Shown here: one piece after another, positions 36,957 to 45,023 of the stretch
How the letters are laid out: each line of letters begins with the position of its first letter
Numbering within the stretch: position 1 is the stretch's first letter
Source: Candidatus Cloacimonadales bacterium
GTDB taxonomy: Bacteria > Cloacimonadota > Cloacimonadia > Cloacimonadales > JAFGVF01
Direction: 5' to 3'
DNA: 64,000 bases
Assembly: GCA_963677495.2 (NCBI GenBank)
Contig: CAXXOU010000001.1
Location: forward strand, 480,001 to 544,000
Position numbers and translations under genes: made by a program
Notes under the pieces: model-generated
Seen by the model: only the letters and a program-made list of their open reading frames with translations
What the model was told of the DNA's origin: nothing
The model's database searches: none

Positions 36957-39900
36957 ATGAGTAAGAAATTGCTATGCACTCTTATAGCAACTTTATTCAT
37001 ATTTTGCTTATTCGCAGAGGGCACAAACACAAGTGCCGGGGCTCCTCAAGTTGAAACCTTACCCTTTACTGAAACAGGTGACTTGAGCGATAACACTAAT
37101 GATAATGGTGAAAGAGGAAGAGACGAATGGTGGGAACTCACACCTTCAATTGATTTAACAAATGTCGATATTCATCCTGTATATGATGGTTGGGATGGCT
37201 ACCTTTATGTTTATGATTCAAATTTAACACTTATTGCATTCGATGACGACGGTCCTGCCGGAACAGGAGACTCACAGTTAATTATGGATATTACAGCAGG
37301 TCAAACTGTGTTTATCTGTGTTGATGAGTTCTCTGCATCCACTGATGCCAGAACTTTCACATTAAATATATCTGCTGATCAGGTTGGTGATGTGGTTGAT
37401 CATGATGCACCTGAGCAGATAACTAATGTGTTCCCAGCTCCGGGAGCAGCTAACATTGAATTGCTACCAACAATGACTTGGGATTTTGGGGCTAATACAG
37501 AAACCTATGATCTCTACTTTGATACTGCTAATCCCCCTCTTAATCAGGTCGTAACTGGTGGTATGGCCGGGGCAACAGGCTCGTTTACACCATCCGCTGA
37601 CTTAACCCTTGATACAGAGTATTATTGGTCAATTGTTTGCCATAACAGCACAACTACAACTGTTACAAACAACAGAGGTAGCTTCCACACAACACTTGGT
37701 GATGATATAATCCAGGTTGGCAATGGAACAGTTACTAATCAACATCTTCCCATTGAACCTTACTTCGGTTATTCATACACACAAACAATCTATCTTCAAA
37801 GTGAAATAGATGTGCAGGGAAGACGAATCGAACGTATATCTTATCAATACAATCAGGATAACACTTTAGCCAATTGTAATGAATGGGTTATATATATGGC
37901 TCATTCAGCTGAAACCGGATTTGCTGATACTGATAGCTGGCTACCAATTTCTCAGTTCACTGAAGTGTACAATGGTCCACTTCCAACAGTTGATGAAAAT
38001 GGTTGGATTGAGTTTGTATTAACAACTCCGTTTGTATACAACAATTCAGATAACTTGGTAATCGCTGTAGAAGAAAACCAAACCGGATTCGGTGAAAGCA
38101 CTGAAGAGTTCTTCTGTGAAACAGTAACCGGAAATAGAGCTATCGCATATTTCAACGATCAAACTGATACTGATCCTAATAATCCGCTTACTGCAAACTC
38201 TCTCATGACATCTATCCCAAACACTAAGCTTGAGTTTGGTGATATTCCTGTTGGTGCACAGATGATGCTAAATCCTGAAACTATTGATTTCGGTACAAAC
38301 TTCGTTAATACAACTACTAATCCTGTTTCAGTTAGTATGCAGAATACTGGAACTGGAACCCTTACAGTGAGTTCAGTTGTACTAAATGATGATGTAAACT
38401 TCTCATTAGTTGATAACAATGCATATCCGTTGGCTCTCAATTCAACAGAATCAGCTAGCTTTGATGTACTGTTCAATCCAACTATTGATGGTCCAATCAA
38501 CAGTACTATAACAATTACGGATGATATTACAAGACAGACATATGATATAGCTATCTCCGGTACTGGATTCGAGGCTACTGTGTCTAACTTCCCTTACATG
38601 CAGTCTTTCGATACTGCTGATTATCCAATTGAGTGGACTGTAGACCCGGAAGATAGTTGGTTTATTGCCAGTACAGACTTTGGTGGTCATGGTGCTGACT
38701 TCGAGGCAACAGGTAACAACGGAAACTTCATTGGAGTTGATGATTCTGATCCTGATACTATTCCGGCTCATCTATATTCACCTCCATTTGATCTTACAGG
38801 TTTATCTAACCCAATATTGACTTTCTATTACTGGATTGGTGACAACACTAATGCTGCATCTCTTAATCTTGATCTCATTATTGATGGCAACACAACAGCA
38901 GATGTAGCTGTTATTACTGATCCTGACGGTGCAACAGAATGGACTCACTATGAACTGTCTCTTGCTGCCTATGTTGATCAGATAGTTACTATTGATTTCC
39001 GAGCTATGGAGGAAGCTTCCAACTTCTATGGTGATATTTGTTTGGATGATATTGGTGTATACGATAATTCAACACCTCCTTCTCCAACAACTCTAGTTTC
39101 TCCAACTGATGCTGAAATCGGTGTTGCAATGACTGGAGACCTTAGCTGGAGTCCTGCTCAAGGTGCTGATGGTTATTATGTTTATCTTGGTACTGATAAT
39201 CCACCTACAGATGTTTATAATGAAGAAGATGTGACAGATGCCTTATCTTTAGCATATTCAGGACTGCAAGCCGGAGTTGTTTATTACTGGCAAGTTGTAC
39301 CTTATAATGTTAACGGTGATGCTGTGAATTGTCCTATCTGGTCATTCACTACATTTAATGATCTACCTTTAGCAGCAACTCTGGTTGCTCCTGCTGATGC
39401 TGCAACAGCTATATCTGAAACACCTACTCTTAGTTGGGCTGATGGTGGTCAGTTCCCTGATGGTTATAGACTTTATCTTGGAACAGATAATCCACCTACT
39501 GACACCATAAATGGTGATGATATGGGCAACAATACATCTTATGAAGTATCAACAGCTCTACAGTTCGAAACAACATATTACTGGCAGGTTATACCATATA
39601 ACTTTGTTGGTGATGCTGTAAACTGTCCGGTTTGGTCTTTTACAACAAACTCAAACCAAAACTACGGCGGAGATGGAAACTTATATGGCGGTTACTACTT
39701 TGCAAACAATACTCCTAGTGGTATTGGCTTAGGTTCCCAACCAATATTTGAATGGGTAGATATCAGTACTACAGGTACAGCTCCGATTTACTCTAACACA
39801 GATGATGGATTTGCTACTGTACCAATTGGTTTCACATTTACATACTTCGGAAACGATTACACTGATATCAGTCTCGGAACTAACGGTTATGCTATGTTCA

Positions 39901-42356
39901 CCAATCCCGTTGGTAACACAGCATCTGATATGACAATTCCTAACACAAACACACCAAACGATGTAATCGCCATGTTAGCAATGGACTTACATACTACTGA
40001 TATCCCTTCAAACTGCTATTATGGTCTTGATGATATGGGTAATTTTGTCTATACTGTCGAGATGTGGAATGACTACAATGACACTTCTGAATATATTGAT
40101 GTTCAGCTCATTCTTTATCCAACAGGAAGAATCAAAATTCAGTATAGAAATCATGTTAATCCTAACAGTGATGTTGATTTACAATCTATTCCTGGAGATG
40201 CATGTATTGGTATTGAGAATGCAGATGGAACCATTGGACATCAATATCGGTTAAATGGTGTTGGTGGTCCTTTAAACGAAGGTATGGCTCTTTGCTATGC
40301 TCTTAATCCGGGTGACCTTTCTGATGGTGGCAACGGTCTGTTTCTGCCGTCAGATATTGAGTTTGATGTTGTGACTGTTGACTCAGACTCAGATGTCTTC
40401 GAGTTAAGAATGCGCAACTTTACCGATACAGCAATCGAACTTGCAAACCAACCGGTTCTGAGTGGCGACAATGTAGATCAGTTCTCAATCACTGATAACA
40501 ACACTTATCCATTAAGCATTGCCGGTGGTTCAGAAGCAACAATAGACATTCAGTTCTCACCAACATCTGTTGGTCATAAGACTGCAATGCTTACAATAGT
40601 TGATGACTATGTTGAAACTGAAAGAAACACTTATGAGATAACTATGCATGGTTACGGTTATATTGCTGATTCTAATGACACATCTGATGAAGCAGATGAG
40701 TTTGCTATCTACATTGAAGATATTGAGGATTATCATGCAATCATCCAACCTGAAACTGATATCGATTGGTACGTTTTCTGGCAGACAGCTCCGGCTGAGC
40801 TAAATATGCACACTGAACACATCAACGGTTCCTCAGTCGATCTGTCTGCTTTCCTTTATGGACCATATGATGATGTGGATATTACAGTTGATGAATTAGC
40901 ATCAATAGCTTTCAGTGATGACGATTGGACTGACGGTGTAAACCCTCATATCGTTCATGATGTTCCGGATGGAGCTTCAGGATTCTATTATCTACGTATT
41001 GCTCGTAGTGACAACTCCCCTACCCCTCCAACTGTCAGATCTGCTATAAGTGGCTTAGAACAGGAAGAGAAATCTCTTACTTCAAAGAATAAGAAGACTG
41101 AAGTAATTCAGGAACAGACAAATACTCAAACAACCCCAACTACAAGATGGGCAACCGGTGACTATGCTCTCTGGATTTCAACAGATAATCCGGTAGCTCC
41201 TTCAGGATTTGATCCACCAACTGCCTTAACTCATAACATTACCTATCAAGGTATTGAGCTTAGCTGGCTTGCTCCTGAGCTTGAAACAAGGCAGTTAGAG
41301 GGATACAACGTTTATCGTGATGATCTGGTTGTGAACACAGAACCTGTTCAAGCTCTATTCTATCTTGATACAGATCCTATTCAAGATCAGACATATGAAT
41401 ACAAGATTACTGCACTTTATTCTGCTCCGGCAGGTGAATCAGTTCCTTGTGATTCAATAGAAGTCACATTCGAAGCTGTTGACCCTCCAATCATAGCAGA
41501 GGACTTCGAAACATATGATGACTTTGCTACTGAGATGCAGTATTGGACACTTCTTGACTTAGATGGTGAGGGCACACATGGATTTAATAACGGTATTGAT
41601 TTCCCTGGTGAACACAGTGAAATGGCTTTCATCGTTTTCAATCCAAGTGCAACAGTTCCGGTACTTCAGTTTGCTGATGCTTATAGTGGTGACAAATATG
41701 CAGCTTGCTTTGCTGCTGACTCCGGTTCAAATGATGACTGGCTGATTACACCAAGAATTCAGCTAACTGACGCTGTAGCCTATCTAGACTTCAAGGCTCG
41801 TTCATATACAACTCAATATGGACCTGAGCTCTTGGAAGTGGGTATCTCAATGGGTGGCACAGATCCAAGTGATTTCACAATTATCTCCGGTGACACTCCA
41901 CTTGAATTACCTCAAAACTGGGATTCATATCATTATGATCTTGATGCGTATTCAAATGAATTGATTAGAGTTGGGTTCCGTTGCACATCAAGTCAAACAT
42001 TCTTCGCAATGATTGATGCGATTATGATTATGAACGATGGGGCTGCTCTAAGTGAAGAGGAACAAGTTATTATCCCTGAGACAACAGCACTCAGAGGTAA
42101 CTACCCAAATCCATTCAACCCTGAAACAACAATCAGCTTCGATGTAAAAGAGAACTCAACTGTGACTATTGATGTTTATAACATCAGAGGACAGAGAGTT
42201 AATCGTATAGTAGAAGGTGATTATAACGCAGGAAGACATAGCATTGTTTGGGATGGTTCTGATGATTCAGGTTCACAAGTCTCAAGTGGTGTTTATTTCT
42301 ATAGAATGCAATCAGGTTCCTATGCTAAAACAAAGAAAATGATACTAATGAAGTAA
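36957..42356 (+). CDS. Large acidic multidomain adhesin-like surface protein (FN3-like repeats, choice-of-anchor-D/J-like domains, FlgD-Ig CTD)
   Basis: Signal peptide; three Y.LY.(G/D)T.NPP FN3-like units; WTLLDLDG..NDDWLITP (cleaved-adhesin-like); GNYPNPFNPET..SGVYFYRM..KKMILMK. Confidence 0.82.
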   Translation: MSKKLLCTLIATLFIFCLFAEGTNTSAGAPQVETLPFTETGDLSDNTNDNGERGRDEWWELTPSIDLTNVDIHPVYDGWDGYLYVYDSNLTLIAFDDDGPAGTGDSQLIMDITAGQTVFICVDEFSASTDARTFTLNISADQVGDVVDHDAPEQITNVFPAPGAANIELLPTMTWDFGANTETYDLYFDTANPPLNQVVTGGMAGATGSFTPSADLTLDTEYYWSIVCHNSTTTTVTNNRGSFHTTLGDDIIQVGNGTVTNQHLPIEPYFGYSYTQTIYLQSEIDVQGRRIERISYQYNQDNTLANCNEWVIYMAHSAETGFADTDSWLPISQFTEVYNGPLPTVDENGWIEFVLTTPFVYNNSDNLVIAVEENQTGFGESTEEFFCETVTGNRAIAYFNDQTDTDPNNPLTANSLMTSIPNTKLEFGDIPVGAQMMLNPETIDFGTNFVNTTTNPVSVSMQNTGTGTLTVSSVVLNDDVNFSLVDNNAYPLALNSTESASFDVLFNPTIDGPINSTITITDDITRQTYDIAISGTGFEATVSNFPYMQSFDTADYPIEWTVDPEDSWFIASTDFGGHGADFEATGNNGNFIGVDDSDPDTIPAHLYSPPFDLTGLSNPILTFYYWIGDNTNAASLNLDLIIDGNTTADVAVITDPDGATEWTHYELSLAAYVDQIVTIDFRAMEEASNFYGDICLDDIGVYDNSTPPSPTTLVSPTDAEIGVAMTGDLSWSPAQGADGYYVYLGTDNPPTDVYNEEDVTDALSLAYSGLQAGVVYYWQVVPYNVNGDAVNCPIWSFTTFNDLPLAATLVAPADAATAISETPTLSWADGGQFPDGYRLYLGTDNPPTDTINGDDMGNNTSYEVSTALQFETTYYWQVIPYNFVGDAVNCPVWSFTTNSNQNYGGDGNLYGGYYFANNTPSGIGLGSQPIFEWVDISTTGTAPIYSNTDDGFATVPIGFTFTYFGNDYTDISLGTNGYAMFTNPVGNTASDMTIPNTNTPNDVIAMLAMDLHTTDIPSNCYYGLDDMGNFVYTVEMWNDYNDTSEYIDVQLILYPTGRIKIQYRNHVNPNSDVDLQSIPGDACIGIENADGTIGHQYRLNGVGGPLNEGMALCYALNPGDLSDGGNGLFLPSDIEFDVVTVDSDSDVFELRMRNFTDTAIELANQPVLSGDNVDQFSITDNNTYPLSIAGGSEATIDIQFSPTSVGHKTAMLTIVDDYVETERNTYEITMHGYGYIADSNDTSDEADEFAIYIEDIEDYHAIIQPETDIDWYVFWQTAPAELNMHTEHINGSSVDLSAFLYGPYDDVDITVDELASIAFSDDDWTDGVNPHIVHDVPDGASGFYYLRIARSDNSPTPPTVRSAISGLEQEEKSLTSKNKKTEVIQEQTNTQTTPTTRWATGDYALWISTDNPVAPSGFDPPTALTHNITYQGIELSWLAPELETRQLEGYNVYRDDLVVNTEPVQALFYLDTDPIQDQTYEYKITALYSAPAGESVPCDSIEVTFEAVDPPIIAEDFETYDDFATEMQYWTLLDLDGEGTHGFNNGIDFPGEHSEMAFIVFNPSATVPVLQFADAYSGDKYAACFAADSGSNDDWLITPRIQLTDAVAYLDFKARSYTTQYGPELLEVGISMGGTDPSDFTIISGDTPLELPQNWDSYHYDLDAYSNELIRVGFRCTSSQTFFAMIDAIMIMNDGAALSEEEQVIIPETTALRGNYPNPFNPETTISFDVKENSTVTIDVYNIRGQRVNRIVEGDYNAGRHSIVWDGSDDSGSQVSSGVYFYRMQSGSYAKTKKMILMK

Positions 42357-42374
42357 TTCATTTGCATTAAATAT

Positions 42375-42402
42375 AAGCCCCTGCGAAAGCGGGGGCTTCT
42401 TT
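42375..42402 (+). terminator. Intrinsic terminator
   Basis: AAGCCCCTGC-GAAA-GCGGGGGCTT-CTTT just after stop. Confidence 0.8.
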
Positions 42403-42426
42403 AATTCAAATCACCGTTAATCTACT

Positions 42427-42460
42427 ACCTTTTCAATGGTCCTTAGACCTTGAAAATGGT
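42427..42460. repeat. Module C bulged hairpin, solo copy (ACCTTTTCAATGGT-CCTTAG-ACCTTGAAAATGGT)
   Basis: Same core as the array module, with paired arm changes TTTTCAA/TTGAAAA. Confidence 0.7.
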
Positions 42461-42488
42461 TCTCTTATAAATTCCTCTCTACGAAGAG

Positions 42489-42542
42489 TAGCTTTCAGGC
42501 TATAGCCATAATTATTAACTATAGCCTGTAGCTTATAGACTA
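42489..42542. repeat. Degenerate heptamer cluster of GCTRTAG/CTAYAGC type
   Basis: GGCTATAGCC...CTATAGCCTGTAGCTTATAGAC directly after the stop of the minus-strand gene. Confidence 0.5.
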
Positions 42543-42546
42543 TTAA

Positions 42547-43005
42547 TTAATCAGTTACTAACTGATTAATAAGTTCTTCAAAGCGTGGAACCATGGGGAT
42601 AATCCCGGCTTCCACAGCTTCTCTGATTGTTGTTATCGGTATTCCTCTTTCAATGATCTCCTCTATAGTCACAGTCCTAAGATCCAGATCAGGAATCGCA
42701 TGACCTAAGATGTACATAAGTTTCAAGAGCATAGAGAACCCGTTTAACCTGGTTCCGTGTCCCATGATAATTATATTTAATCTGTCAGCGTAGTTCTTGA
42801 TATCGCTTACCCAACCCGGACTTGCTGCTGCGTAAAATAGAGAAAGGTTCTTAGTACGATTACCAAGGTTTGTATTATTTATTGTTTTATGAGGTACCAC
42901 ATAATCCCGACAATACATTGTACCGGTGAACTTATCTATGTAATAAACCAACTCACTTAACTTCCCACTGAACCCCACGAAGGGCTTTGCTACTGAAACC
43001 TTCAT
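42547..43005 (-). CDS. Hypothetical protein, 152 aa
   Basis: Likely start MKVSV (43005) with GGAG RBS; N-terminal GFSGKL..VYY......Y.R.Y..P pattern. Confidence 0.7.
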   Translation of the reverse strand: MKVSVAKPFVGFSGKLSELVYYIDKFTGTMYCRDYVVPHKTINNTNLGNRTKNLSLFYAAASPGWVSDIKNYADRLNIIIMGHGTRLNGFSMLLKLMYILGHAIPDLDLRTVTIEEIIERGIPITTIREAVEAGIIPMVPRFEELINQLVTD

Positions 43006-43125
43006 TTTAAATCTCCAATAATGCCTTGTACGCGACTGCACTCAGTTGCGGTAGTAAAGATTGTATCATTGTGGTTAAATGGTCGTTATTATGGACTGCA
43101 TCAACTGTATAGATGCAACTGCAAG

Positions 43126-43762
43126 ACTACCCAGGAAGAAGTGAATCGCAACCTAGTGTGAGTCGCTAATTCCCGTAAAACGTCACTCTGGGACGTTCAC
43201 CAGTACCTTGCGAATGGTCCTTAGACCTTCTCAATGGTACTCCCGGGAAGAAGTGAGTCTCAGCAAAGTGGGACTTGCTAATTCCAGTAAAACGTCTCTC
43301 CGGGGCGTTCACCAGTACCTTGCGAATGGTCCTTAGACCTTCTCAATGGTACTCCCCGGGAAGAAGTGAGTCTCAACAGAGTGGGACTTGCTAATTCCAG
43401 TAAAACGTCACTCCGGGGTGTTCACCAGTACCTTGCGAATGGTCCTTAGACCTTCTCAATGGTACTACCAGGAAAGAAGTGAGTCTCAACAAAGTGGGAC
43501 TTGCTAATTCCCATAAAACGTCACTCCGGGGCGTTCACCAGTACCTTGCGAATGGTCCTTAGACCTTCTCAATGGTACTCCCGGGAAGAAGTGAGTCTCA
43601 GCAAAGTGGGACTTGCTAATTCCCGTAAAACGTCTCTCCAGGGCGTTCACCAGTACCTTGCGAATGGTCCTTAGACCTTCTCAATGGTACTACCAGGAAA
43701 GAAGTGAGTCTCAGCAAAGTGGGACTTGCTAATTCCTGTAAAACGTCTCTCCGGGGCGTTCA
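43126..43762. repeat. Tandem array of ~5.6 units of 112-113 bp, each a mosaic of three hairpin modules (BIME-like)
   Basis: TAAAACGTC recurs at 43176, 43288, 43401, 43514, 43626, 43739; units near-identical, first one degenerate. Confidence 0.92.
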
Positions 43763-43763
43763 T

Positions 43764-43800
43764 TCCCCTCTCATAGAGGGGTGCCGCGTAAACGGCTGGG
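43764..43800. repeat. REP-like hairpin CCCCTCT-CAT-AGAGGGG with GC-rich tail
   Basis: Palindrome directly abutting the array end. Confidence 0.5.
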
Positions 43801-44021
43801 TGTTTTCACTCCATATCCACAATGATTCATCATTTCAAATATCATTTGAATACACATCACATCTGAGTTGTCTTTGGCTTCAGACCTCCATTGGAGTAAT
43901 TGGTCCGCGGACATCCCTGCCTGCCATTTCGAAGCTTTGCGTAGGGTGTTCCGCATTTAATCTGCTACTACCAAGTTAGCAGACATTAGATTCCGACAAT
44001 TAACATATCATGTAACTCTTA

Positions 44022-44082
44022 GCTATAGGCTGTAGGCTGTAGGCTGTAGGCTGTAGGCTGTAGGCTGTAGGCTTTAAGCTAT
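44022..44082. repeat. Heptamer tandem repeat (GCTGTAG)6 with degenerate flanking units
   Basis: Six perfect copies 44029-44070. Confidence 0.9.
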
Positions 44083-44127
44083 ATTGTTTTCTTTTATCAA
44101 CATTTTCAAAAGTCACGTAATTATCTA

Positions 44128-44304
44128 TCTACGAGTCAATTGTAAGTCTGATGCGTCCTGCGTCAAGAACCTTTTTCAACCCTCTAAAAAGTTATGCACA
44201 CGATGTGGATAACTTTAGGGGTTCATAGGGAGGGTCTAGGGAGGCTAAAGGGAGGATCAAGCGAGATTCTAGGTTTTTGATGCAGGACGTACCAGACTCG
44301 TAGA
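44128..44304. other. IR-bounded element with inverted DnaA-box pair and 11-bp-phased AGGGAG motifs
   Basis: 27-bp IR 44145-44171/44272-44298 (23/27 match); AAGTTATGCACA-CGA-TGTGGATAACTT (44189-44215); AGGGAG-like at 44227, 44238, 44249, 44260. Confidence 0.6.
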
Positions 44305-44414
44305 GGAGAGATGGATTTTTTTAGTCAAAATGTATGACATTTTAGTTGACATGCTTAAGCTTTATGCAATGTATTATCTCAAAATTAGCTGAAGATATTA
44401 GGTAAACAAACAAC

Positions 44415-45023
44415 ATGAATTCAACTTTAAAGTACTATAATGAGAACTCTGAGAGCCTGATGAAGAGATATGAGTCTGCAAATGTAGAGGATATCCATAA
44501 GTTAATATCAGAGAATTTTACCAAAGGTAGTAAGATACTAGAATTAGGATGTGGATCCGGTAGAGATGCAGCTTATGCTTTTTCTACAGGTTTAGACATA
44601 TATGGTGTGGATGGGGCAACAAACATGGTTGAATCAGCAATAAAGGTTCATCCAGAACTTAAGCAAAGGTTATCTGTTGCACTTATCCCACAAGATCTTG
44701 AAGATACACCATCTACTTATGATGGAATCTTCGCAACTGCATTGTTAATGCACCTTGAAATAGGAAATATAAAGGAAACTTTTGAAAGGGTTTTTACTAT
44801 TTTAAAAGAGAAGGGAAGGTTCATTTTCTCTGTTCCATTAAGTCATAATGAACTTGATAATAATAGGAAAGATGCTAAAGGTCGTTTGTTTATTCTATTA
44901 CCTAAAGAAGATTGGTTCAAATTTGCTGACGACAAAGGATTTAAGCTTATACAATACAACATTACTGCTGATGGGTTAGATAGAAGTCAAGTTACATGGC
45001 TGACATGTGTAGTTGAAAAGTAA
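44415..45023 (+). CDS. Class I SAM-dependent methyltransferase
   Basis: ILELGCGSGRDA, GVDG, YDGIFATALLMHL. Confidence 0.9.
   Translation: MNSTLKYYNENSESLMKRYESANVEDIHKLISENFTKGSKILELGCGSGRDAAYAFSTGLDIYGVDGATNMVESAIKVHPELKQRLSVALIPQDLEDTPSTYDGIFATALLMHLEIGNIKETFERVFTILKEKGRFIFSVPLSHNELDNNRKDAKGRLFILLPKEDWFKFADDKGFKLIQYNITADGLDRSQVTWLTCVVEK

Noticed and set aside
43126..43762. CRISPR array
   Set aside because: The whole 112-bp unit repeats with no unique spacers, and there are no cas genes in the window
43126..43762. Integron attC array
   Set aside because: Hairpins lack RYYYAAC...GTTRRRY ends, no cassette ORFs lie between units, and no integrase is present
43704..43979. Short ORFs 43704-43979 (+) and 43771-43956 (-)
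   Set aside because: They overlap repeat hairpins and show no RBS or recognisable motif
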